This document shows, piece by piece, positions 11,171-23,523 of a stretch of DNA of 23,941 nt (its first letter is position 1; the number at the start of each line of letters is the position of its first letter). The notes under the pieces are model-generated. The model had not been told where the DNA came from, did no database searches, and saw only the letters and a program-made list of their open reading frames with translations. The stretch is from positions 57,142,209-57,166,149 of the forward strand of contig JANKJI020000002.1 in assembly GCA_024626585.2 (NCBI GenBank), written 5' to 3'. Source of the stretch: Ginkgo biloba. Its lineage: Eukaryota > Plantae > Ginkgophyta. The position numbers and the translations under genes were made by a program.

Positions 11171-11808
11171 GTGAGCCGCCAACCATTAAGTGATATAACT
11201 GTCTGGATAACTACTTAATTAGTCTATCGTCAATGGCATTACGCTCTGAGTTTTAAAGTATGTTGGCCAAAATCTGTTCTTATCTAATGTATGCTTCTGA
11301 ACTGATCTGGGTGATCTATGCTAACTGGTGATTAGTAGTTCATGTCCTGCAGCGTCACATTGCTTCCAATCATGTGGCGGAACACTGTATAGCCCCCAAT
11401 ACCCCATGGATGAATAAACCTAATCTACGGGATCTAAGGCCCCAATCACCCCAGGATCTCAGCTTACCATGATTCTCTTTCTTGACCAGACCTTACCAGA
11501 TTTCCTAGACTTGAGGATGGTGTTGACCATACTCATTTGGTAGCTAGAAAACCAGCTTACAGCTAGGTATATCATAAATGGACTCCTGTACTGTTTTGTT
11601 CATAAAACATAATTGAACAAGCGAAATAATGTCATACCATATATGGTCAAACGGAAGTCTAATAGATAATAAAGTGTAGGAAAAGCTATTATTTTGCTTG
11701 GCCATATATGGTAACTGAGTACAGGGGTCCATTTATGATTGTAACTGTAGGAGATATGGACTGTAACCGCCTGGTCTAGGCGGCCAACAACTTACAGCAC
11801 GTGGCACT

Positions 11809-11855
11809 GTGCAATTGGCTCAATGTCCCCTCAAAGGCCCAAGAGCCAATTGCAC
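11809..11855. repeat. Perfect 13-bp inverted repeat with a 21-nt spacer, cut off by an assembly gap
   Basis: GTGCAATTGGCTC (11809-11821) and GAGCCAATTGCAC (11843-11855); the N run starts at 11856. Confidence 0.9.
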
Positions 11856-13099
11856 NNNNNNNNNNNNNNNNNNNNNNNNNNNNNNNNNNNNNNNNNNNNN
11901 NNNNNNNNNNNNNNNNNNNNNNNNNNNNNNNNNNNNNNNNNNNNNNNNNNNNNNNGTTGTGGCAAAGTTAGTGTAGATGTATGACGAACTGTGAGTGCTA
12001 ACATACCTTACAACACCAAAGTATCTCCAAAGGTTCTTAGGGTGCTAACCCTAACCTCACTGTTAGTAGCCCATGGTAAAAGCCATAAGTGCTTACAAGG
12101 GTTGTGGTTTGTATGGTCCTAAGATGGACAAAATGCAATAAATTCAATGGCATATCTAAATCAATTATTCACTATAGATCCCCTCAGTGAATTCCCCATT
12201 AGCACAAGTCACCACCTAAGCTAGGTGCTAGGGTTTAGAACTTAAAAATTAGGGAAGATGCCAAATACCTCTTAGGCCAAAATGTTGTAGTGAGCCCTTT
12301 AGTAAGCAGCGACTCACTTCAGAAGCCAAGTATGAAGTCGTGCATGTGCAAAAACATGTTGCTGGGTGTTGAAAATGGCTTGCGGCTTCTTTTGGAGGTT
12401 CGTTGGGCCCCATAATGTAGTAGAAGTCCATATGAACCCCTCCAATGAGGTCACCTTCCCTTAGAGATTAGATCTGAGCAATTTTTCAGTGAAAATATGT
12501 TTTATAACCCACAATAAGTGTAATAGATTGTTTCTAGATATGAAAGAAATAGTAGTTGTTCGGAAACAACAACTTTTAAGGATTCAATCAAGTAGCCAGA
12601 GTGCTAAAAAGCACTTGTCTATTGAAGACGCCTTTAGTAGGAGATCAAAAAGATGATGTTATGGAATTATGTAAGTCCAAACAATCCCCTTTTATGCCAA
12701 AAATTGGCATAAACCCCCACATAGGGTTGAACTTAACCTTAGGGCTGCCCCAAACCCTAAGAAACCCTCTTTGGGACTACAATTTCTCAGATTACTCTTT
12801 GAAGAGAGGCATCCTTTACTAGGAGGACCCTTGTGGTTCTGTCCTTCACAATTTTATCTCTCATAAGCACCTCTCCATGGAGTTTCATCATCATGTGCAA
12901 AATGTGGAACCTAGACCCATCATTGAGCTTAGGCTTTGGCATGTCTTCCAAGGTTGACTTTGGCCCTCCTTTCTATGTCAAATTCGCAGAAGTCTAGGCT
13001 TTGACAAGGTGCCTTGGCTAGACACCCCTTTTCATTTTATCCTTTCATTTACTAATTGAATACTATCACTATCTTAATGTGGTCTATCTTAATTAAGTT

Positions 13100-13315
13100 T
13101 ATTACATGCCATTCCTCCTTGAGATGCTTCGCCCTTGAAGCATAGCGGAAATGGATGCTTTCTTGTGCGGCCAAAATGAAATCGCAATGATCTTTACTTC
13201 TTGGTCGCTAATTGACGCTATTATATGTCGTTTCTCCTTAAGATGCTTCAAAAGTTACAAGCATAAGTAAGATTTATATTTCTCATGTGCATTTGACAAC
13301 AAGTTGCAAGTCTCG
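13100..13315. repeat. Diverged ~119-bp tandem duplication
   Basis: tattacatgccattcctccttgagatgcttc (13100) versus tattatatgtcgtttctccttaagatgcttc (13219): 26/31 identical, all five differences are transitions. Weaker similarity continues (aagcata, tgtgc, gcaa). Confidence 0.75.
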
Positions 13316-15099
13316 TTAAATTTTGAAAGTTTAAACATTAGTGCTATGCGTAGGATTCAATTACAAGCATAATTGTGGACAAAATTGCCTTTGGTAGCCA
13401 ACATGTTGTAGTAGGTATTTGAGAGGTTTAGGTGGTTGTATATCAATATTGTTATTTTTTCTTTTCTTTTTAGAATGTGCCTTTGTTTTGCATTGCTATG
13501 CAACATACAATTTCAAATGAGAAGGAAAGCTTAGTTAACTTTGAAAGGCAAGAGATTATGATCATCTATCCTTGTTTTTGATGACAACACTTATGCCATG
13601 GATTGTGGATTTCCTTTGGTTTGGACTTCTTGTTGTGTTGTCACTTGACGAGTGTGGTTTCTTGTTTGGAGGCATTAAAGTTGCTAGTTATATTACTTTA
13701 ATATTGACTTCCTCCATAGTTTGTATAAGTTTTATTGGATAACGTGTGCTTTGTTTATTTGTCCCATCCTCTTGAGCTCCTTGACGTACAATCCTATCAT
13801 CAATGGTGTTTGCTTTTCATTCCTTTTGTTTATTTGTTCAAGGGTACATTCTTATGTTTTATCTTTTTGATNNNNNNNNNNNNNNNNNNNNNNNNNNNNN
13901 NNNNNNNNNNNNNNNNNNNNNNNNNNNNNTTTTCTATAGCTTCTTAGCACTCCTCTTTTTAAAATTCTATTGCATCATTGGCTTCTTCCTTTTCATCCAC
14001 TTCAATTTTTTCTTTTTGGTCTTCACTTGAGCTAGCTTCTTCTAGTGAGCCTTGCCATGACTTTAGAATTTGGATGAGAATTTGTTTTATTTATTGCATT
14101 GTTTGCATTTTTTGTTAGGTCTACTGTTACTTAATTGTTGTTTGTTTTCAATTGTGGACTCTACTTTGTTGATTTCATGTAGTAGATCCTTTTCGAATTC
14201 TATGGTTTTCCATGTATTTGTGCAAGGTCATAGCCCATTGGTAAGAACTTGGTCAACGTTACTCATTTCTTGCCTTATTTTACTACCGATGGACGAAGCT
14301 TCTTTTTTTAGAGTTTCTTCTAGTGGAGTATTTTTCTTTTAGTTGTTTCATGTGTAGTTATGTATACTTCAAATGAGGTTACATACTGATATTAGAGGGT
14401 AGTCCATTACAAGTATCACGTAATTTTAAAATTAAGTTGATTATGAAAATATGTAGATTCTTTTTAAGCTCTTTCAAAAATCTCATTTAAGTTGTTTTTC
14501 TTTTTTATTACAAAGGTGCTTCCAAAAGGAGCAAGGTAGGTTGCCTAGTGTTTATTATCTAAGGTCTCCAATCGTTGGTCATTTGACAATTTTTATGATA
14601 ACCCATTGAGCTTGCTTGAGTTACTATCTCCATTGTTTGACTTTCTTGGGTCCTAATTTGGTGGATCCATGCTCGAGTTGTCCATCTAATGCTTTCTTTT
14701 CGTGTCTATGTATATAGATGCGTATTTGTGTCTTAAAAAAGGAGGGTCTATGCACCCAACAAGGTCATGTGTAGGTGTTAAATGACCAATGCCAAAAGAC
14801 TAACATTGGCCAAGAGATTAAAGTTAATATTTTTATGAAGTCTAAGGCTAAAGTTGGCTTCGCCAACAAGATAAAGTCGCATGGATTCTTGTTACTAGTG
14901 CTAATTCATAACCTGGGGATGTTTTATATATATAACCTTTGAACAACGTATATTTTGTTTATTTAAGATTCATTGTAGGTCAACAACGCTCTTGGGAAAC
15001 ACAATCATTGAATGGATTCGATCACCTAAATTGGAGAGGTATGATTTCCAAGTGCTCTTGGTTGAGATGAGAACAAGATTATTCTTTAGCGGATGCTTT

Positions 15100-15630
15100 C
15101 AATATTGAATGGAGGATCGCATAGAGACGGGTGATATGGAGATTGCTTTGCTTGAGTAATGTTTGGGAAGGAGGGGTCTATTGGATTTGAGGTTGTTGAT
15201 GTTATTATCACAGGGAATGCAAACTTGCCTCTCTGACTCTTGTATTCCTTGGTTTGTCCTATTTATCAATGTATATGTTGGGATTTTTCTTTGGCAACTT
15301 TTATTGTATTGAATTATCTATCAATGTATATGAACTATTAGATGGCAATCAATTACATTTGGACGCTTTGATGTGGAAATATTTCTGTTGTATTTTGAAT
15401 CTAGAGGAGCCCTGGGATTGGTTTGTTATTAGGTTCTAGAATAAAATTATATGTCCAATTTAGCATCTAAAGATTGCAATTGCAATTAGTTTTCGTTGCG
15501 AGCAAGTGGTGCCTCAGTAAAACAAACTCCATAGGATCTTTAGTCTTGGGGAACACCAACAAAACTGTGCGATTGTGCCTTTGTGTGGGAAATGTGGTTC
15601 TTGATAGGTGAATGTTAAAATTCATATGTT
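15100..15630 (+). mobile_element. Highly decayed L1-type LINE ORF2 C-terminal remnant
   Basis: Fragments IWRLL...GVYWI*GC and VCPIYQCI, plus a Trp-containing segment near 15570-15625, resemble the zf-RVT/C-terminal region. Many stops and frameshifts. Confidence 0.3.
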
Positions 15631-16301
15631 ATTATTTCACAAGAATGGTTTTAGTTATAAATAGTTATAGTAGGGTAGTTGATGGTATATAAACAATGCT
15701 AAAACATGGACAAGAAAGTGGGTGCTTTTTGGTGCTAGGTGATGAATGAGTGGTTGACAAAGAGGACGGGTTATTCAAAATGCTAGTGATGCACAATAAC
15801 GGTTAATTATATGCGGGTTGATTATGAAGCTCTAGTGAATTAGAACACTATATGCACGAAACAACTAAAATATAACTTATAGAGTTTGAATTGGTATACT
15901 AGCATAGAGAAACTCAATTTGTGAGGACCATTATTCTTTGGTTGAGGGAAGATTGGATCCTTTCATTCTTTATTGGCAGGTAGAGAGGGATGATTGTTTC
16001 GAACAATATATAAGGACTATATATAGAGAGTCAAATTCTTCTAGAAATCAACAATGGATGATAGAAGCAAAGAATGTTGTTATATGATGAATAAATACTG
16101 AGAATATTGAGTAGGTGCTAAAATGATAGGATAGGACATGGATGAAGATGGGGGACTAGGAGGAAGCTAAATGAAGCAGATGTAGAGCAAACCCCACAAT
16201 AGATGAATAGATGGAATTAATTCTAATAATGTGGGTGTAATTTCTTATTTTCTTACTTTTTTTCATTTTTTCTAAGATGTTCTATGGTCTTAGGAAACTT
16301 G

Positions 16302-16313
16302 TCTCTGATACCA
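16302..16313 (-). mobile_element. tRNA-iMet primer-binding site of an antisense LTR retrotransposon remnant
   Basis: + strand TCTCTGATACCA reads TGGTATCAGAGA on the - strand (canonical TGGTATCAGAGC, 11/12 match). The adjacent LTR terminus is not clean. Confidence 0.55.
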
Positions 16314-17717
16314 CTTTCTATGAACATGAGTAGGTTCATAGCTAATAATGCTAAGATCATAAACAATTTGAAATGGCTAGTTTGATGAACTTTCACGATG
16401 TATTTTNNNNNNNNNNNNNNNNNNNNNNNNNNNNNNNNNNNNNNNNNNNNNNNNNNNNNNNNNNNNNNNNNNNNNNNNNNNNNNNNNNNNNNNNNNNNNN
16501 NNNNNNTAGAAATTCTGATTCATAAATTGTTGTGCCATTGGAGATCAAATATTACATGATAGGGGTCAGCCTTGTTGATGCCCAACGGAAGATCTGAAGA
16601 TCTAAGACTGGTAAGAAGGGCATCTAAACCTGCTAAGAACCTTGCAGAATAACGGAGAGATATGTTGCAATATAGATTAAATCTAGAGCGTGTATGACCC
16701 TTTTGGGATTATAAATGCAGCGTTCCACTTGAAATAATGTGCCTATAGCATAGGGCATCTCATGGCCGTGAAATTGAGTGGCTGTATGACCTATCTTGGC
16801 CTCTGGTGAAAAACTTTTGACAATTCAAAGTTTCAACAGTTTCCAGGACATGCTGCCAGAGTAGTCACAAATTGATACTCTGGCTTATTGGCACGTGGAA
16901 AGTAGGGCCCATGTATGCTCACATTAGACTAATTAAGGCTTACATACGTGCAAATTAATGAAGGTCAACTTGGATTAAAAGGGGGTTGTCTTAGGGCCCA
17001 CCAAAGATAGTGACACAACTATGTAAGGAGGTCAGAGGCCTCATTATTACAGTGCTAAATGCAATCCATTGCAGAAGTGCTGCGTCTTTTTGCATCTTAC
17101 CACCATACATCAATTATTCAACAGGTAGAAGATGTGGCAAACAAATGTGCATTGTACAATGTATATTGGCCATTTTGAAACAATGTAGACATAGCATATA
17201 AAGCATCTGAGAGGCTGCTACATCAAATATTCAGCAGAATTTGGCTTAAAGAAGGACACGGGCAAGTTCGTTGAGGGAAGAAATATTTTTTCATATCTTA
17301 AATGGTTGAATTGTAGGCCAGCATAATATATACAATGTATATCAACTTTTGGAAAATGATTGGAGAGCAACGCTGTGTTTACTTCAGCTATAAGCTAAAT
17401 TCTACTGTGTAGGAAAATAGCAAAAGAGGATGTAGATCAACCTTTAGAGGCTTTTGTTTTCGGCTGGGTAGTAGGGTATTGAACATGCCTCCTGCGGTCA
17501 TATCTGTCTTTACTGTCCAAAAAATATGTTGAGCTGTGTTACGACTGGGCTTTTTTCAAATTTTTAGTGGGGTTGGAATTGTATGCTTGATTAGTGTTTT
17601 GACCTTCGGACTGTTGTCTCTGGGTTAAATACTTCTATGGTTCTAATCTCAGACATATGTAAATGATTCTAACTGGAAATAATTATACATGACTGATTTT
17701 TGTTGAAACTGGAGAAT

Positions 17718-18065
17718 CTAAGTTTTGCAGAATGCCAAAGTTTCATTTTCAAAAATTGGTGCAAAACACGTTTCACAAAAAATCTAGAAACACAAAACGT
17801 GATTTTACATGGTATAAAATTTTCGTCTCCAAAATTTTATACAGGTCCACACAAAATCCAATTATTGTACTTATAGTGTTACTAAACCAATTTTTTAACT
17901 TTAAGTATTTTTTTAACATATAAATTTAATTGTTTTTCTATTTATTACTTAGCAAAACTTTTGGTGCCATTTCAAAGTTGTTTTGAGGGACAAAACATTT
18001 CGTTTTTTAAATTGAACATGAGATGTGCTTTGCCAAAGAGCAAAATGTGTTCCAAGGTAACTATG
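17718..18065. mobile_element. Probable non-autonomous hAT-like DNA transposon (MITE), ~350 bp
   Basis: Ends CTAAGTT... and ...GGTAACTATG (reverse complement CATAGTT). The flanking 8-mers TGGAGAAT and CTTAGAAT share AGAAT, a possible degenerate 8-bp TSD. AAAAC(G)/CGTTT-like subterminal motifs surround an AT-rich core. Confidence 0.4.
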
Positions 18066-18819
18066 CTTAGAATGCATTTATGGCCTTTGGATAATCCTAT
18101 TGTTTAGAGTATGCTCACCTTAAAAGGGTAGTTTTGCTTGTTAAATTTTGGTTGTATAGTCTATAGACACCCTTGTAATAAGCCTTACATATGATAGTTT
18201 AAATGCCACTTCCTCTTGCCTAGTTTGAGTGGCTTTAGGGCTTGATGTGCATTGATGAGAATATATGATATATGGAATTTATGACCATATGCAACTGATA
18301 TTCTTAATTTTCTGAATATGACTATTGGCTGATTTCTAATGCATTCTTGCTTGAAGAGTGGCTAGGAGGGTTTAGGGTATATCACCCTCAACATAAACTA
18401 TTAAAAAGGCTATCCTTTCAAAATCTTGTTCTATATTTCTACAATGCATTGATTTCTTGCTCTTGGTAATTAATGAAGTCTAGGAAGTTGATTTGCATTG
18501 GGGTTTGAGCCATGCGTTCATATTGCATAAATGAAACCTCAAGTAGGGTGTGTACTATATTTAATATCTTGTTGCCTTGTAGGTTTTAATGAGAATTGAC
18601 GTCCTTGTGGCATGCATGATGCATTTAGGATAGCCTAGATGAATATATGTGTCCAATAAATCTTTGGAAAAATGCCTACAAGGTTTAAGGTACCATGAGG
18701 TCATGTGCACATTATTTTCNNNNNNNNNNNNNNNNNNNNNNNNNNNNNNNNNNNNNNNNNNNNNNNNNNNNNNNNNNNNNNNNNNNNNNNNNNNNNNNNN
18801 NNNNNNNNNNNNNNNNNNN

Positions 18820-18847
18820 AGAGAGAGAGAGAGAGAGAGAGAGAGAG
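18820..18847. repeat. (AG)n microsatellite, at least 14 units
   Basis: Pure AG run directly after an N gap; true length unknown. Confidence 0.95.
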
Positions 18848-19942
18848 GCCAATGAGTTGGTCAAATGTAAACTAAAATTATTCATGTTTGTGTAGATAGA
18901 GTAGAGGCCTAGAACTATTGGGATTTTCACATAACACTATATGGCATGGCAATTGGCATGTAGAAGGGTTGTGTATCACGTAACAAAAAATACGATAGGG
19001 TAGTGGAATATGGCTTCAACATAATGCCCATAGCTAACATTGACAGAAATCCATTTCTTAGGAATGGCGAATTTCTTATTGGACTAAAGGGTGGTGTAAC
19101 CATGCCTTGTTGTGGAATAGGGAAACCCTGTACTTAAAGGATCTTAAGATTTTTCTTAGTGGTCTTACAAACTTGCACTATTAGATGCTACCCCATGTCA
19201 ATCGGGAAAGGTTGCATATTGAGGGATTAGATATAAAAAATGACTGGACGTGATCAGGTGTCTCATTGGAGCTCTTGGATGTTTGTGTTGGTGACTTTCT
19301 TCATAAGCTTGTTGGTAGTGGTTCCCTTGGAGTCAAGACCTATTACTACGCTATAGCTAACAGATGTACACTTAGTTTCCTTCTGGCACACAAACCTAAA
19401 TTGTGAAGCAAAATTCTAATCCCTAATGGATGCTTGTAGAGTTCTTCTGATATATAGGAAACAGGTGTAGGTCAATTACTGCAAATAGAACAACATAGAG
19501 TGAGATGAATCATTCCATGTGCTATCCCACTGTAAAATCTCTTAAATCTTTTCAATAACATCCTTTGTTTTGGAATCATCTATCATTATAGGGTTATCCA
19601 TGCTTGGGCATCTAAATTATTCTCGTTGTGTAAGAGATCAAGATTGTTTGTCACCAAATATAGTAGAGCTTGTCCTAACATCCTAGTCCAAATCTTGCTT
19701 GGTGCGCTTGATGAAAGTGGTGAGTAGACCATCACATCATGTACAAGATTGTAAGTTAAGGTTGGCAGTCTTATAGTGTGTTGTATCTTATGTTAATTCT
19801 TATCTTAGGATTTCGAACAATGCCTGGGGTCTTGAGGAATTCTATGAGAGCTTGCAAGACATTTTCTCTTACTACTAAGGCAAGTGGCCAAAATAATGAA
19901 GTAATAAGTTTTCTTGTTTTGTCCTTTGTACTTCCCTTCCCA

Positions 19943-21121
19943 TAGTTGATGTCTATGAATAAGGAGCTATCTAATAGAGAGGGCCATGCACCTTTGATAC
20001 TCTATCAGATAAAAATGGATAGGGAACTATTCGTGTCTCTAAATAAATAATCATATTTACCTTCGATTTCATAACATTTAGGACACTTAAAGATGAAATG
20101 CTCCACTATTTTTACTTCTAAGGATAGTAGTTGGCAAATACATTGATCTCAAGCAATATGCTTTTCAACTTACACAATTTGTTTATGCGAACATCACTTG
20201 AATTGCCTGATAGAAAACGTCAACGCAGTGTTTCTCCCAAATCAAACATAATATTTCCTCTTGTGTTTTTCCTCAAATCAACTGCAATAGGACATTGGAG
20301 ATGTAGATCTTTTGGGAGATGAAGAAAGTGCTCAACATAAAATGCCATCTTGCAATTGAGGGGGATTCATGTGCTTTGAAGGTAGATCTTATAAATTTCA
20401 TCTAGACTAAGCCCATTAATCTCCTTATCGAACATTTAGAGATTTTGGGCATTAAGTGATATTCTAGTTAGAGGCATTCAATATATAAAAATCCCAATGG
20501 GCAAAAGTAGGGCATTGCCTCAATTAACTTGGCCCGTATTTTCTTTGGGAGCTCAAGTATCATAGTGGTTATGAGGAACAAAGGGCTAAGCAAGGGTATC
20601 CTCCTCTTCGAGAATGGGTGTTAACCATGCAATATCTCCTTTGTAAATAAGAAGTGATCTTGAAAATAGTCTCCATGAGAAGTGGGTGAGCATTGCACTT
20701 TGCCTGAACAATACTCTAGGATAGTATACACTTATACTAGATAATCCATAAAAGCATAAGCTTTTGAATGCTCTTAATTCATGCCCACTCAACTAGACTG
20801 AACCATGGTACCTAAATCTCTATCCACACAGTACAATAGGTTTTGCACTTGCATTAGTTAATTTTTGTTTAGCAACAATGCACTAGATATGGATTTTAGA
20901 GCACTTTCTCCAAAAGTGAAAGGGAGGCATACCCCTTTATAATAGTGACTTGTGTTATTGGGTGTATGCTAAAGGTACAACTTGGAAAATGTATGCTCGA
21001 ATATGTATAAACTAAAATAATATTCATCACCAAGCCTTTGGATGTGAATGTGTAGATGTGACGTGGCATTAATCGATGTGTTAAAGACCATAAACATGGT
21101 TTTGACAAGGTAGACCTCTAT
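19943..21121 (-). mobile_element. Decayed non-LTR retrotransposon (RTEX/RTE-like), end of RT to C-terminal zinc finger
   Basis: Ordered minus-strand motifs: EVYLVKTMFMVFNT; YTYSSIHF..TFSIHP..KGYASLSLLE; KPIVLCG*..EWA; SIQKLMLLWII*YK/PFVPH; QFK*CSHKQIV*VEKHIA*DQCICQLLSLEVKIVEHFIFKCPKCYEIEGKY..LFRD; EYQRCMAL. These parallel the VNxxKTKxMVF, YxYLG, PxxLYGxExWG and R-xxSHxLxIExGR...RICxxC...EHFxxxCPxYxxIR consensus motifs. Confidence 0.8.
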
Positions 21122-21704
21122 GTATTACTATCATAGAAAGTTGCTAGAGATTGCAACGGGCTCTGCAATCATTCACAAGTAGAAGAGAGAAGGATGGCAT
21201 CATTTGCAAATGAGAGAATGGCAAACATAACATCATGAAGAAGGAACAAACTAAAGAATGAAAGAATGGATGCGCATTCATTTTAGAGCATCCATTTGAG
21301 TGATACATTCCTTCATAGATTTGGGCAGGCAATGAGAATGGATGTTGTTTGTGAAATATTGATCATGATGATGAGAAGAAGTCGATGTTGGCTTATGGGG
21401 CCAAAGCCTTATAGAGAAGACAATACTGACAATAGTGAGGTCATATCTAGTGATTCAAATGCAAATACTATTGGAAATTAAGATGACTAGAATATGTAGT
21501 TTGATGGCAACGATCCTAATAACAACCATGAAATTCTTAGGAAAGGATGAGAGNNNNNNNNNNNNNNNNNNNNNNNNNNNNNNNNNNNNNNNNNNNNNNN
21601 NNNNNNNNNNNNNNNNNNNNNNNNNNNNNNNNNNNNNNNNNNNNNNNNNNNNNAATTTTTTTTTTTTTTTTTTTGGTATTTTTTTAATTATATGGTATTT
21701 TTTT

Positions 21705-22485
21705 AGTTGTATAGTATAGGCATAGATTATGTCTATAAGAGTGGTGATAGTCCTTGAAAAGATTGTTTGTAGGGAGCATATTGGACTTGTAAAAGGAAAA
21801 TATATTTTGAAGAATTTGATAAATGCATGGAAAATGATGAAATAGGTAGTAGGGTATCAAAAAAAAGTGTAATGATTATGTTCAACTCTAAGAAACACTG
21901 TGATAGAGTAGAAAGGGATTTTGTTGATGTGATGTTGCGATTGGTTGGATTTGGAGCAAGATTTAGGGGAATGGTTACCACTCTCTATTGAGAGAGCCTA
22001 GTTGGTTGAAGGAATTTTTTTTAAAGATCTATTAGGCAAGGTTCACCTATATCCCTTTCATTATTTATTATTCTAGCAAATACAATTGGCTATCTTTTGA
22101 ATGCAGTGTATCTTTCACATCCAACTAAAGGTATTTCACTTCTCGATGGCAAGTCTTAGTTGGTTAATAACCATTTTGTCGATAATTATGTTCTTCATCT
22201 TCAAGCTACTAAAGGAAATTTTTCAAAAGGCATAAGGTAGGATAGATATGTTTTGCTAAGCCTTAGGAGGTAAGATAAACCCTTAGGAGATACGATAAAT
22301 CTAAGGAAGTCTAAGGTTGTTCTTTCTTGGGATGGGAATGTTGGAGATTGAACGACAGAGTTTGAATGGAAATGGCTACGGAAAAAATAAGACATCTAAA
22401 TATTCCTTCTGGTATTGATGTCCCATTGAGGCATACATGGAATTAGGTTATGAGAACATTTTAGAATAAACTTATCAAATTACAT
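21705..22485 (+). mobile_element. Decayed L1-clade LINE reverse transcriptase fragment
   Basis: RVVIVLEKIVCREHIGLVKGKYILKNLINAW; NSKKHCDRVERDFVDVMLRLVGFG (DFEKAYDRVEW); RSIRQGSPIS (RQGCPLSP); HFVDN (FADD); INLRKS; RHLNIP (YLGIP); WN*VMRTF*NKL. Contains stops and frameshifts. Confidence 0.9.
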
Positions 22486-23516
22486 AATAATGTGGAATGT
22501 AAAAATTACAAACTTACTAAATTTATAGCATCGACATAACACATATTCAAGAGAAATAGAGTTATATTATGTCATTAAAAATCTAAGAATTTTTAAAATA
22601 TCATGTGTTCTCTTCCAAAGATATAGGATACGAATTTATTGATGAAAATATCATTGGACTTATACCATATAATAGATTCAATGATTTTATTGCAGGGGAG
22701 GAAATGAATCTAGAGGCACCCTCTCATTTTGAGGTCATTGCTAAAATCTTTGTTTAGTTAGATGAAGCTCATTTTGTCACTATTAGGAAGTTTTTAGTAG
22801 TTAGTATCTAAGGTCTATCGATTGTTAATCTACCTTTTTTAGTTAGGATCACTATCCTTTGGCGAGGGCCTTCTCATGTTTTGAATATAATCTGTATGCC
22901 TTGAGCTGTGTATCATGTACCTACTCTTTTAGCTTAATGAACATATAACTTTAAATTAGAATTTTTTTTATTCTCCTCCTTTTGAATATTGCTATGTCAT
23001 AGTCATATAGTGCTTGAGCAATTCTTCTGTGATGGTGCATTCTTAAGCTCGTAAGTGTTATGCTACCTTCTACCCTTGGGAAAACCACATGCTTATTTAG
23101 AAGTAGGAATTACTCAAGCTTCTTTTCTACATCTTTGGAAGAGTCTTTGATTGAGTATATGTGGCTTTTTTCCTTTGCATATATTTTTAGGCATTAGTTT
23201 TCATGTTCATCCTTTGTATTGTTACAAGCGATGGTCATAGAGTGGTTATTCAAAGATGGTTGATATCGTACATTGTATGCCATCATATCTTTTTAAGCTT
23301 TACACTTTGCTCTACTTATTGAACCAATGGAAGTTTATGAAATAGTGAGAATGGTCCAACTTCATTTTACATCTTTGCAACATGTTTGAGTAGAGTAAAT
23401 GGTTTTTTACCCCATTCCAAGCATTTGTTTTCATTCCTACCATTTTGTAATTATTTCTGTCATGGTACTATAGTGCTTGAGTAGTTTTGAAATGTTTGAT
23501 ATTATTTCTAATCTCA

Positions 23517-23523
23517 TACTAAC
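23517..23523 (+). promoter_or_regulatory. Branch-point sequence TACTAAC for the 37-nt ATG101 exon
   Basis: Exact U2-complementary consensus about 45 nt upstream of the AG at 23566-23567, followed by a T-rich tract. Confidence 0.65.

Noticed and set aside
12046-12770. Telomere-like motifs (CTAACCCTAAC, TAGGGTTTAG, AAACCCTAA)
   Set aside because: Isolated single units in probable LTR-derived DNA; not an array and not at the promoter.
13930-14342. Hydrophobic + strand ORFs suggesting membrane proteins
   Set aside because: They are the antisense shadow of a Lys/Glu-rich, stop-interrupted minus-strand remnant in T-rich DNA.
19240-19900. LINE endonuclease remnant on the minus strand
   Set aside because: Only faint resemblances (PDH, TSVSY); no GDFN motif, so too degenerate to support.
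20586-20731. Spliceosomal intron within the LINE (minus strand GT...AG)
   Set aside because: Neither nearby GT gives an in-frame splice; the frame is restored only by non-GT-AG boundaries.
21140-21550. hAT transposase C-terminal dimerisation domain (RRNKLKNERM, acidic tail)
   Set aside because: Only one short motif; the expected ERxFS/ERNWS motif is not recognisable.
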